DNA of 60,274 bases, counting the filler, from Sphacelaria rigidula (lineage: Eukaryota), in NCBI GenBank assembly GCA_964200075.2. It is 8 parts of 8 records of this genome, joined end to end, with 100 filler letters (N's around TTAATTAATTAA, not from the genome) between each part and the next. Parts side by side here need not be neighbours in the genome. Positions count along the whole stretch, not along the records: positions 7,548 to 14,994 come from CAXNAA020014872.1; positions 15,095 to 22,541 come from CAXNAA020014873.1; positions 22,642 to 30,088 come from CAXNAA020014874.1; 5 more parts are not named here. One strand, given 5' to 3'. The position numbers and the translations under genes were made by a program. The notes below the pieces were generated by a model. The model was not told the origin of the DNA. It made no database searches and was given only the letters and a program-made list of their open reading frames with translations. Shown piece by piece: positions 13,149-25,398 of this stretch (position 1 is its first letter; each line of letters begins with the position of its first letter).

Positions 13149-16100
13149 GCTCTGAAGCGTGAAGCAGGGATTCTCCTCTATCAATGTTTATGGCTGCGCC
13201 TCCCAGTTCGGTGGTTTCACGAGATGGCTCCCCGTTTTTGCGCCAGATTTTCGGCTGCTTCACTCACTTAGTGGCTCTTTGGTAGTGTTGGTGTGGGCAT
13301 GAAAGAGCTGAAAAACATCGGAGGCTGTGGAACGGTGGAGAGGGTAGGGAGAGTGGTGGCGGTGTTCTTTTTTTTTTACTAGTTTTCAATGCGGGCGGTT
13401 TGTACTTCCTACTTCAGATGTTCTCGACATATATTAATTTTAGTAAAACACTTTCACCTCCAACGAAAATGCCCCTTTTCAAGAGGTCCCAATATACCCT
13501 AAAAATGGGTGCAAAAAACGGTTCTTGTTTTTCACTGGGAACAGGAATATATTGGTTGATAAACTTGACTTGCAGTATTTATGGGACACGATGGGATTAT
13601 CATAACAGCGGATTTTTCGTGTCACAATCTTCGTATAATGGTTGAGACGATCTTCTTACCTCTGTTGAGGTACTTTTCAAAACTTCGCGTTTGTCTGCGT
13701 ATCTTTCGTTCAGATGCGAACGAAGTGCGCAAGAGGTCGGTGCCGTCTACCATGAAAATGACCGATACCCGCGACCGCTTCAGGACCTACATGCACCAGC
13801 ACCCGCCAAGATCGTTCGGGTTTAGCGAAGGTTGTAACGAGGACACGGTAAGGGTTTCTGTGTGCTGAGTGTTCAGGGTTTATTAGTATTGAGGTTTGAG
13901 AAGCAGCTCGATCGCCAGTCAAGCAGTCAGTGTCGATAAATAAAAAATAAAATAGGTCAGACTTGCCGACGCTCGTTGTTCCAGCGCAAGTGAATCCCCT
14001 CCAAGGACTATCCCACCCTGGCCGTGAAAGGGATAATTAACCCATGACAGCTTTTCACTCGTCATCATTTCCTGTCCATATTGTCAGGCAAGCGACAGCT
14101 TTATTCCAATGCCCCTTCCCCGAAAGCGTTGCCGCGTGACTCCCTGTGAACACCAGGGCGGATCATATCTGTTCATCAGCGTGACTCTTATAACATTTCA
14201 CTTGAAAGGTGGCTGCAAGACCCAGACGACCCACCCCGCTGGCGGTCAAAGGATAATCTTCATTATTTACTGCCAGTTATCCGGGTTTTTAGACTAAAAT
14301 TTCAAGCAAAAATGATACCGACTTACAGTAACAGATGACCGCCTATGGAGGCGCAAGGGGTTAACTCAGCCTTCAGAGTACATTTAGGTATCTTCAGAAT
14401 AATAGTTATTTTTTACAACTGTGTGTAGGTGAAATAAACAAGTTACGAAAGAAGTCCGCTAGTAAGTTCTTCCCCAATCAGACATAATGTGAACTATTCC
14501 ACGGAAAAAATCGATACCCTGCCAGCCGATGGGTTACAAGAGCACTAGGACGTGCATAATGGAAGTATGAGGCATATATATATACCGGTATACAAGGTAT
14601 TGTACATGTATCTGCATCATGAGAGGTATCTCAACTCGACGATCCTAGTACAGTATATTCAACAATAACTTACAAACATAGCGGGAACCTCGAGTTTGAG
14701 ATACCTCTACTATAATAATATGTATATGTTTTCTTTCTACTGCAGCGTGGGAATAGTCTCTGCCAAGTAGAAAATACAAAAAAAACTGTCCATAACAACC
14801 TTTATACAGTATACCACTATTATTATCTGCTTCGAAGTATCTCTGATTTCACCGTCACTTCAGTAAAGATATCTCAAAGTCGAGGTTCCCGATGTATTTC
14901 AGAGCGATGAAATAGATCAAGGGTCGGACAAACATTGATTCGTCTGGAAATTACTTGGTTTTAGTATCATGAGTCGACTCGTGACGAATCAATCNNNNNN
15001 NNNNNNNNNNNNNNNNNNNNNNNNNNNNNNNNNNNNNNTTAATTAATTAANNNNNNNNNNNNNNNNNNNNNNNNNNNNNNNNNNNNNNNNNNNNCAATAA
15101 TAACAAACGAGAAGAAAGGACTTGTCGAGCACGAGGCCAGTGCTATTGGAGGAGTCCCTCGTGGATAGTCCTCTTGTCCAGATCGTCTGGCAGAGGCTAC
15201 AGCTTACAGGCGGTCGCTACCGTGTGCTCGTGTATTGTACAGATATGTGTGTGAGCTTTGCCGGCATCCGAGGTCATCGAGACAGGGCGGGCATGGAGCG
15301 GAAGCAAGTATACAAACCTCGCAAAGCCCGCCAGAATGTTCGATTTTTGTCAACGTTTGTTGATCAATTTCTTTTTAAAATTTCAACGAAAACTGAAAAC
15401 AATTACCAAAACAATCACAAAGGGTCACAAAAATCATGACAATTTTCGAAAAATTGCCCTCCGGGAGGGGGTGGTGGGAGGTTGGCTCCGTGTCCGAATT
15501 GTTTGTTTCGACAGACCCTTGCTGAGCTAAAACGTCAGCGCTGGCTAGGCTTGCGAAGGGCTGGGAGCCCCGGAGACCAGTGATTTGTCATACCGGGATG
15601 GACCACATAACATACGAATTATCCCTAGTCCAGGAAGCAAACACTTCACCCATTGTACGAGTGAGTGCTCACCGGTTCAATGGTCAAATGTCCGCTCGTG
15701 GAAGACCGTAGAGGCTGTGTTTTGGGCGCGCATTACTGGAATGGTGGAAACCGCGCAGCAGTATACTGGTTCAGCAGGGTATGCAATGTTCTAGCAATGA
15801 ATCAGTGAATAAATATTGCGCACGACTGACAACATGAGCCGTGCAAGCAATCCCGGGCCCAAACTTGCTCGGCGTTTGCGGACGTTTCACCCATTTCGTC
15901 GGCTATTGTTGCGATATCTCTTCGCATCATGAACACGCGCACGCAGATTTTCGCATGTCTAGCGCTTGAATGAGGGTTTCCCCCGTGGGATTCGGACTCA
16001 CTCACTCATTTAGATGACTACTCGTAGTGTCGCTGACAACATCACGCTGGCACTGAAGACTGGCAACCGCGGGCGCTCTGTCGAGGCTGTCATTGTAGAG

Positions 16101-17011
16101 CCTGAGTACCTGGAATATACTGTAGTGTGGAGCACATACAGGCACAGCCAGATAGTTCCAGAGATGGTGAATCTCGTCAGGGACCAAACAGCCAGTAAGC
16201 TGCTCGCCGCGTGATATCATCCTTGTGATTGTGTCTAAGGACGCGCGAAATTACGGAACCGCAGTAGTATCGTCATTAACGTGCCCCATACATCGGGGCT
16301 ACGTTTCTCAAGTAACTTGTTAATAGTAGTATGCATACTTAATCTCATTTCCCCTCAGTGACTGGCTTGATGGCGATATTGCCCCGATATTGCTCGATCG
16401 CGTATATAAAATATCACGCATGCGGCTACAAACGACTCCGTTGAAGCTTGACAAGGACGGATGCTACGATAGGGGGGGGGGGATGTTTTGGGCCACTTCT
16501 TCCACGAAGGAGCCACTTTGAGTCATCTCATGATAGGGGGGTAGGTGTTGTGGGCCTCTTCTTGCGCGGAGAAGACGCTTTGAACCATCGTTGCAAGCAG
16601 CACATTTCGCTCTTATGCTCTTGTTATCAAAACCACACGTGTGTTCACAAGGATTGACATCACTGTCACCCACCTACAAGGATGACGAGTAGCCGAAGTC
16701 GTATCAGTACACAGTCATGAACCGAGGTAAGTACCCGGCACCACCTTCCGATCATGTGTAACGGAACCTTCTTGCCTTGTCCGCGCGCTCGATAGTGAAC
16801 TGGTTGGCAGCAACCGCCATCATTACTGTCGGGAATAGACTCCATTGATAGGCCCAAGTGGCCAATGATGTATCATATTGATCGCGGGGCTATACTACAA
16901 GTGTATTTCCCAGCGGAACATAATGCAACACGGAGAGATATGCGCAGGTAACTGATTGTCGGCGGTGGCGACAATTTTTCTCATCGGCTGGCAACCGTCA
17001 TTTCCTCAACC

Positions 17012-19035
17012 ATGTCCAACTTTCAACAAAACCCAACCGAACTGATGAGTACTCATTCAGCGCGCCTCCCATACTTATGCGAGGCAAGTGGATGTCAGCA
17101 GAAGGGCTTGCTGACATCCACACTTGCCCCACAATCTCTCATCCCATGCGGACGGTGCCTTGCGTGCGACGAGAACGGGCTCAATGTCGCGCCCCGAGTT
17201 CGTGTGAGAGTCGGAGCGGGTCAAAGCCGCCGAGCCGCACGACAGGCACTTTGTCATACGCTCAACTAGGCTGTTCATGCTTAGCTACCAGTCCGTAATA
17301 GGGTCGTCGTCGGACGCCGGTCACGATGACTCCGCTGGTGGCGGTATGATGCCTTCCCGACATCGGGCGCATTTCTCGGATCTACCGTCGGAACAGCTAC
17401 TGCACCTGCCCGGGTAGAATGCGGATGAGCGAAGCGAAGCTGTGGAGTTACCACGACCTATTGGGCCGGAAGGAATAAACGTGTCTATCAAATTACTGGG
17501 AGCGCTGCTGCCCGCAAGTAGCAGCAGCAGTAGTAGTCGTAGTAAAGTGGAGTGTGAGCGAGGAGGGAAGTTTCTGCTGGTGTCCCACAGGAGAGTTGTG
17601 GGTCAAATTTCACGAGAAGAAGATGGCATGCAAATTCCTTATTCAGACTCCCACCGTAATAAGCGAAGACTTGGCTATGGAATTCACGCGCGCACGCGAT
17701 ATTGCTGCTGTTTCGGCCATCAGGTGGTGTCTGGCTATGGGTACACGAGGACACCTCAATGTTCGAGATGCTGCACGTACGGCGGTGTATTTGTATGGGT
17801 ACTAAAGAATCATTGATGTGCTGAAGGGAAGGTACACGCCGCTTTGCAAATTGGCCCTGAAAGCACTGCCCCCTCGCCCTGGACCTGGTCTCTGCCTTAC
17901 ACGGCGTATGAGACATCGTGAATCCCGTTCAATACGCGTACGCCTGTGGTTTTATGAATGCGAGACAGCGTCCTGAGCGGGCAAAACACTCAGGTGAAGC
18001 CCACAATTACGCGTCCGGCGAAAGAAATTTCGTTTCACCTTTCATATGCGAGAGGACGACGTTCTGAAGCGGGCACCGATATGACGTAGCACAGGCATAT
18101 TTTGACGACAACAACGGTAATCGTCTCAGTAGAGAGCACAAGGACGAAACTTCGATGGTGCATTTCGTGCCACCACCGCTAGACCTTGTGTACCTGGTGG
18201 TGACGAGAATCAACGACCTTGGGGGTGATCATGGCGTATATGCAAGCCATTGCAACTACATGCTAACATATATATATAACAGCATGACTTACCGTAGATG
18301 CAAGTTTTGAGGACACCTGTCGATACAGACCTTCTGTAGTTCCAGGCATAAGCCGCACATCTTGCGTCCTGCACCTCTCTGGGCGCACGCATTCCTGTGG
18401 TCGTTGGGGCGGACGGCTTATGACTCGAAGGTACGTGCAGTCGTGTTTCATGTTGGTCTTGCTTGGCAACGGGTGAGGGTGTCGGTGTAAGCTATCTACG
18501 CCAAAGGAGATGGTGTGTCGCCGCCGCTTCGCCCGGTGTTGCTCCCTATTGCCAATCGTGGTCAACGCACACGCCGAGTAAAAAGGAGTGGAAGTACTTC
18601 GGCATGTTGCAGTACGGCGGCGTCACAGTTTATCTTGTCCCTGTCTGCATGGGTCGCAACAGGCATCACGCGTCGAAACATGGGTGGGCACCCCTCATAC
18701 GCCAACAGAAACTTTCGTACATCCGAGAGAGGGGCCTAGGATTTGGTGCGCAGGCGGGTCGACCGACAACACGGACTGCGCTTTTGAGGGAGGAGAGAGC
18801 GGAAGGACGGAAAGGGGGAGTCGGTTATCACCAGTCCTCACTGTGCCCTACTCGCAGGAGCGATGGATCACCCGAAGACAGAGCCTCGCGGATCTGGCTC
18901 TCGCAAGTGGATAGAACTTCGTCCGAACTCCCTTTGTCCAGGGGTCGCGTCACAAAAAGGGGATTGACGGCGCTCGCGACCGGCATAGCGACTCATCAAG
19001 TAGCATATCAAAAAATACAGTATATGGTTGCATGA
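17012..19035 (+). pseudogene. Decayed Cys-rich coding remnant, possibly a KDZ-type (Kyakuja/Dileera/Zisupton) transposase
   Basis: Protein-like fragments across frameshifts and stops: LCEASGC...CGRCLAC, YCTCPG, FCWCP...TVISEDLAMEF, GGVTVY/CPCLHG, STDNTDC, YHQSSLC, RIWLS. The family call is by motif resemblance only. Confidence 0.3.
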
Positions 19036-20880
19036 ACAGCGGCTTTCCGGAGCGGCTCATCTCTCACTGTCTCCTGCACCATTCCACATAAAACCCACTT
19101 TAAACGTCCCGGTTGAACTCGACTCGTTTTACAAAGCGGCCGTGGGCCACAAAAGTGTGTACAAACGACTGCGTGTATGGTTGTACGTAGCGGTGCAGTC
19201 ATTTCGAAAAGTGGCTCATTCAGGCTAATCTCCGGTGGGTACGGATATTTCGATGAAAGAGCGGCTTTCTGGAGCGGCTCATCTCTCGCTTGGTCCTCCT
19301 GAGATCGAGATAATTGCATCTCAAACGCCTCAGCTAAACTCGACCCGTTGTGTACGTCGCTGTACACCCGTTTTGCAGAGTGGCCAAATACTCTTATCTG
19401 AAGGCTGTCAATCGCCTGCCTTCTGATATGGTGCGAAAACTGGGGAATCGTCTTTACACTAGAGCCAAATGGTTGTTACCTGTACATCGCATTCAAGAAA
19501 TTCGAATCCTGTACTGAATGAAAGAGATATGCTGAGAAGGGATAACGCATACCACGTCATCATTGAACTGACGGTGTGTTGCAGAGGTCATAGTCCAACG
19601 ATGGATACCATCGATATAATCTAAATGCTGTAACAGTGACCTCGCTCATTCACGTTTTTTCGGTGCCAGCGTTGAGCAGCTCTGGATTTTTTATGGAGAG
19701 TCGATAAGTACTCACTCACCATAGTGAAACCAAGAAGTTGTTGCCCACACCGAAACCAAGTACTCATTGACCACACTGGAAGCAAGTAGGTACTGACTAC
19801 ACTGAAACTGGCTATATTTGACCACACCGAACCCGAGTGACTTAATCCCACACTACGCTCGAGTTCTATCATGGGCGTGAATGTAGTGCGCATCTACATG
19901 CCATTATCCAACCGTGATGCTGGTGATTTTCGGCATAAACCAGTTATCGGAGCACACACCCCTTATGAACACAAGGCGACTGAAACTCCTCGGTCACGTG
20001 CTACTCAGGCGCAGCCGATCTCTGGGTGGTGACGACGTTGTTCAGTTTGAATTCTGATGAAGAAACGGGCGAACGAAGTTTTTTACCTACAGGTTCGCTC
20101 ATCATCCGAAATCACCCATCCGCAGTACTTGACGCCGTTTATGGGGGATGAGACTCTGAAAAATTGCACACATATATCATGGGTTATCGCGAATTTTTCG
20201 AAAAGTGGGATCTTCAGATTTCCCATTTTCCCACCGGTTATTGGAGGTCTCAGGTTTCTGACGGATCACATGTCCTTCTGGGAACCCCGTTAACCGGCAA
20301 GGAAAGACATCGAAGACACTAATGTTTGAGAGTTATGCAATGACCGGTAGTACGAGTGTGTACCGTTGCAGTCTTACTAAAAAAAACGTCAAGTTTTTGC
20401 TTCGGTGCGATCAACTGAGATTATAAGGTGGAAACCCTCGAAGCACTTGACTGCAGTATCGCCATGACTTTTCGGGTACATTTATCGTGGAAACGACCTC
20501 TTTGCATCAGCATTTCGAGTTACGCAACGAAACCCTACAAACATGCCTTCATTACCCCGGGGTGCGTACATTTCGAATGTCTAGTTTCGCGGCATGAAGT
20601 GTCGGCCCCCGGGGGTTTTCAATGCCGGTAGAGAGCGGAGGAAGTTTGAAATATTCTAGACGAAATTTATTTTTTTCATTTAAAGCTGCAAGATCGAGGG
20701 CGGTCTGAGCTTTCATACAACAGATACGAGGGAAACCGTCTGGAGGGTTCCTGGTTCTCGCGTACATATCATCAATGGAGATCCAACGACGCCAAAATCC
20801 CACATCACCCGAATTACCACGATTTGGGTATAATTCGTTCCCACAGTAGTTACCGCTTTCATGTATGTTTTGGAGTGATG

Positions 20881-21116
20881 GTACGATAGGGGGGCGAGTT
20901 TGACTTCACGAAAAACAGGGGCTCACGGGTGCGTCAGACGACATAAATACCTGCGGTACGTTTGTATTTGGGTGAAAACGGTGTCAAGTGGTACGGATGA
21001 CTGTGCCTTCTTGGTAACAAGCACATTCGAACAAAGGTTACTGCTTTCGATCAACGATTTGAGGTGGAATTTCGTGGAAGGAATGCCCCAGATTCCCCCC
21101 CCTCCCCCTATCGTAG
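20881..21116. mobile_element. MITE-like element with TACGATAGGGGG terminal inverted repeats
   Basis: GTACGATAGGGGGG ... CCCCCTATCGTAG; the same terminus occurs at about 16464-16482 and 30193-30211. Confidence 0.5.
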
Positions 21117-22641
21117 CACCATTCTTTATTCATTGGATTACCGAGCGAATGGCGGTTACTATGACTTGAAGTCTGGGGAGATTGAGTAAAACTTGTGTGG
21201 GGAGTTCGTTATCTCATTTCAGAACAATCGGAAGGGCGCTGATTAGTCGGGGTGCCCTCTTGCCCCTACCACCACCACCATGACAAACAACAAAGATCTG
21301 GCCATGTCACTCTCCTTAGTTGCCCATGGCGGCCAGTATGGCATCGTATGTGCCACCGCTGTGTAGGTATTGCGGAAGGCGTTTGCTGATCAGTCAATTT
21401 CGGATGATGAGCAGGAACTAGTTTACATGTTTTTCTTGATTCTCCACAGCCTCAGAAGCGGGGGCGGGAAACGTACTGTGACTTGTGTCCTGCGGTTGGT
21501 GGAGCCCCTTCATACAGGACATTTCGCAGTTGCCACAGCTGATAGTATTCGCTTCTTCTCGCCAGGAATGGACTGTGCTGAATTGTGCTCAGAGCCCATC
21601 TGAACGGGTTGAAAACACGAAAGCGAAGCAAGCGTCAAACAGCAGCATGTGGACCGGTCGCCGTGACATCACGCGGCTGGATTACCAATAAACATGCTGC
21701 TATTCGATATTTGCTTTGCTTTACCGCCCTTTTCCCGCCCGATCAGACACAGTGTAACAGTCTTATGCGCAAGAAACAGATCCGGTCTTCGCACCAGAGC
21801 TCCATGCAGTTTCAGGTCACTTCGGCGCCGGCGCTGATTTGAGGATAAACAAGCTTGGCCTAGAACACCGAAAAAAGTAACCCAAGCTCACCACCAAGAT
21901 TTCACGCGTGTTGCTTTTGGTTTGTCAACGTGTGTTAATCGTGCTTGATAGGCTGTCGAGGGTAGAGGCAAAGATCTCGGAAACGTCCGGCCGCAATCAA
22001 AGCAATACCCAACGAAAACCCGCCCGCATGGTCGGCAGCACTTACAGCCCCAGAAAGTATTCCACGCCATTCAGCTATAGAGCAAGAAACCTCCGAGTTG
22101 TATGTTCAATTACTTGCATGCACTACTTTGCGCGATCACGGCTTGTGCAGTGCTGTACTCTTTAGAATGGCGAGACAATGGTGCTTTACACGCGACTAAA
22201 AGCTGATTGTATTATACACTCTGAAGCGCACATGCACGTACGCGTCGTGCCTCCACGAAAAGTGACGGTATACACCTGTGTGTTGTTCAATAACGCGCCC
22301 GCCGCTCGCTGTAATTGATAACAACAAAAACCGAACTGGCCATCAGAGCATGGCAGCGGTCATCGAAATGCATTACAATCGAATTACCACAAGGCATTGT
22401 ACTGTTTCTTGATTAATGGCGATACCAAAAAGGAGTTTTCAACGCGCCGCATTCGTCCGCAAAAAAGACAATCTTCAAGAGAACAGAAGGCGCCGTGAAA
22501 TATTTTTGTGACCCACCAAAGGAGGGGGGGGGGAGGGGGGGNNNNNNNNNNNNNNNNNNNNNNNNNNNNNNNNNNNNNNNNNNNNTTAATTAATTAANNN
22601 NNNNNNNNNNNNNNNNNNNNNNNNNNNNNNNNNNNNNNNNN

Positions 22642-23162
22642 GCCATTTTTCGTACCTTTCTTGGGCAAAAAACGAGAAGGTATACCTTTTCTAGGCCATT
22701 GCCCAAAATTGAAACTTGTTGAAGAATGCGTTGTTGGCTCTTCTCCGTCGTTTTTTCCACGAAAAAAGGGCTAGGCAGATGTTGACAACTTGGAATGACT
22801 TGCTCTACTCGCTGAGGCCATTCCAGAGCAGCTTTGCGCTTTCCGTAGGTCATGGTTTCCTTTTTGGCCAAACTTGCATGTTAACGGTCAAGTTACCAAA
22901 AAATGTCAGTTTCCCCCCTCTTTTCGAATGACTTGACCGTTTGTTATTGAAAATGCATATTTGGCATAAAACGAAACCGTGACCTACGGGAAACGCAAAG
23001 GTGCTCTGGAACGGTTTCAGCGAATAGAGCAAGTCATTCCAAGATGTCAACATCCGCCTAGCCCTGTTTTCGGGGGGGAGACGACGGAAAAAGGGCCAAA
23101 TGCACTTTTCAGCAAGTTCAATTTTTTTATTACATAAGAAGAAGCCCAAGAAACGAAAAGAT
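22642..23162. mobile_element. Foldback element with long imperfect inverted arms
   Basis: About 22705-22894 is the diverged reverse complement of about 22930-23125; the termini are also complementary (TTTCTTGGGC / GCCCAAGAAA). Confidence 0.8.
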
Positions 23163-23199
23163 GAAGACTGTTGTTCTCTTCATTAAGCGTTCTCTCTAC

Positions 23200-23628
23200 G
23201 ACATTTCAAAGTACGACTGTCAAAAACTGAGACACGATATCCAGATTTAGTGCATCTAGTGCCTCTGCTCGTAATGTTTTCATTTTAGAATGGAACCTTA
23301 TGTGCGCCACATCTCGAGATAGATAACGAATTAGGCGAGTGTGGGGGTACCGATCGTCTCCCCGTGCTCCAGGGAATGTCGACACCGAAGATCGCCACCA
23401 TCCGCTGTATACATTGTTTGGGGTTTCAAATTGACTTTAGTATGGACGTTATCTCCGTACGACATTGGGTTAAATTATCGAGAAATAAATGGCCCACACT
23501 TTTAAGCAGATGGCCACCTCCCTTTTGATCAGGCGATTGATACCATATGTGGATCACGGTCCAACTCGTCTGTGTCGATGAGATATTACCTTGAGCACTT
23601 CACTCCGCGTCTAGGCCGGCCCAGCTCG
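23200..23628 (-). mobile_element. Non-autonomous DNA transposon fragment (CGAGCTGGGCCGGCC terminus family)
   Basis: Reverse-complement homolog of 57860-58364 and 36690-37040. Confidence 0.75.
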
Positions 23629-24140
23629 TGTACAGAATGCGACCAGCGGGTGGAAGAAAAAAATATCTCGCGTGCGCCAAGGGTAGTTACATTTAACACT
23701 TACAGAAGTAGACGGTCATCGCACCGCCCACGCGCACGGTGCCATCGCCGGCTGCTCGGGGTAGAGGTGTCCTCGTCATCTTGTGTCAGTCGGCTTCGCA
23801 TGCATGCCAAGCCCTTGTTCGGGATGCTGCACTTACTTCTCTTTTGCTGTGATGTACGCCTTGTGTGAAGGCTGACCTGCGTTCTCGGAGGCGAGTTGTG
23901 CTCGGTGTTTTCTGGGCTAGGCTCTGCAGTAAGGTAAAGCCATTCACCCCAAAAGTGTACTGGGCGAGCAGCGGATGCGGTCTAAACCGTACATTAGGGT
24001 CTGGTAACGACCAGTTGCATTGTCATATGAATTTTTTCCCTCACGTATCTTTCATCCATTCGCGCTTTTTTCTGGCGGTTCGAGCTTGATCGGTAGGGTG
24101 CTTGCCCATGTCTTTGGTTCAGCTTGTTCCACATTCTTGG

Positions 24141-24458
24141 CGCCCCATCTATTGTGGACGCCGGTCTACATCGTTTGGCATACGTGGGCGCACCAGCCGG
24201 GGTCACACAGAAGGAAGGTCAGCACAGGATTTTTTTTCTTTTTTCAGTTCTCCACCATCTTTCTCCCGTGCTTGCCTTTAACTTTTATCGCAAGAAGGGT
24301 TTAGCGATCTCTTTCCCTCCTTGGCCATTAAGTCACCTTTTGTATACCCATGGCATAGTCGCTCTCCACTGTTGAGCATTGTGTGAGAAAAATTCCAGAT
24401 CTTGTGCCTGCACCGAGAGTCGACCCTTCTTCCTCAACGTCAGACGGCCATTGAGTCG
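24141..24458 (-). mobile_element. tRNA-derived SINE-like element (degenerate head)
   Basis: Body homologous to 8641-8822; degenerate B box (GGGTCGACTCTCGGTGC) on the minus strand near 24410-24427. Confidence 0.65.
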
Positions 24459-25200
24459 TTTTTGTTCACCCACGGCATAGACGGTCTCTAACGAAGGCCA
24501 TGACCGGTCTTGTCGGTACGGCGTGGTGAGGATATTTTTCGGCGGGTGTTGGGTCGGAATCACCTTCAACGAGTGATTCCCTCTCACTATTATACTAATC
24601 TTGACCAAGGCTGTCGTGTGGTAGTAGAGTTGGGTCAGCGCGGTGCTCATCAGGCACACCCACCCCTGTAGTAGTGTAGCGGTATAATATGTCACCCCCT
24701 GAGTGCGGGTATATCCTGCGTTACAAGTAGTATAATGTGTCAACACCTTGAGTGCGGGCATGTTGGGATACGGTGTGTGCGCGGAGGTAGATGAGACCGC
24801 TGTCGAAAGCTGGCACGTATACCCTTGACATAAAGGAGCGCGTGCTGGTGTGTAGACTGGTTTCGGCGACAAGGATGGAGGAGGAGCGGTCGTCGACGGA
24901 CGGGTTAGGTCTGCTCGAGCCTCCTGGACGAGACACTCACTACAGACCAGCAAGAGCGTGCATATAACGGAGGAGGAAGTGTTCCATCACGAAAGGAAGC
25001 AAAGGGGGCACTGTTTGGGATCATGGACACCGGTAAGGATGGGCAGTTGGGTTGGCCATGGACGCTGGTGAGGACAGATGGGAGCATCAGGAGGTCAACT
25101 TCGAAGAGGACCGTGCAGCGGAGAAGAGCAGAGCTGGCGGCTAATTTCGTGGAGGGCGGAATATTATTCTTCGGTAGGGTTTTTGATAGTTATTTGGTGT

Positions 25201-25398
25201 GAGTTTCAGGTTGTTTTCTATGAAATTTAACACGATGTACAGGATGTATGTGTCAAGACGCCACCTTTCCCCCCCTATATTCTTCCTTTTTTTTCAAGTT
25301 ATTCACGATTTTGAAAATGTAGAGGGGAAAAGGTAGCGTCTTCGCACATATATCATGCACATCGTGTCAAAATTTCATTAAAAACTACCTGAACCTCA
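25201..25398. repeat. Imperfect inverted repeat (foldback/MITE); a related hairpin follows at about 25506-25720
   Basis: TGAAATTTAACACGATG...AAGACGCCACCTTTCCCC pairs with GGGGAAAAGGTAGCGTCTT...CATCGTGTCAAAATTTCA. Confidence 0.7.

Noticed and set aside
14041..14360. piggyBac-like MITE (TTAA|CCC...GGG|TTAA)
   Set aside because: Complementarity does not extend convincingly past the terminal CCC/GGG; insufficient without other copies.
15802..16214. Divergent short ORFs as endogenous phaeovirus genes or an HTH protein
   Set aside because: Short and interrupted, and no viral hallmark gene is visible; cannot be supported without a homology search.
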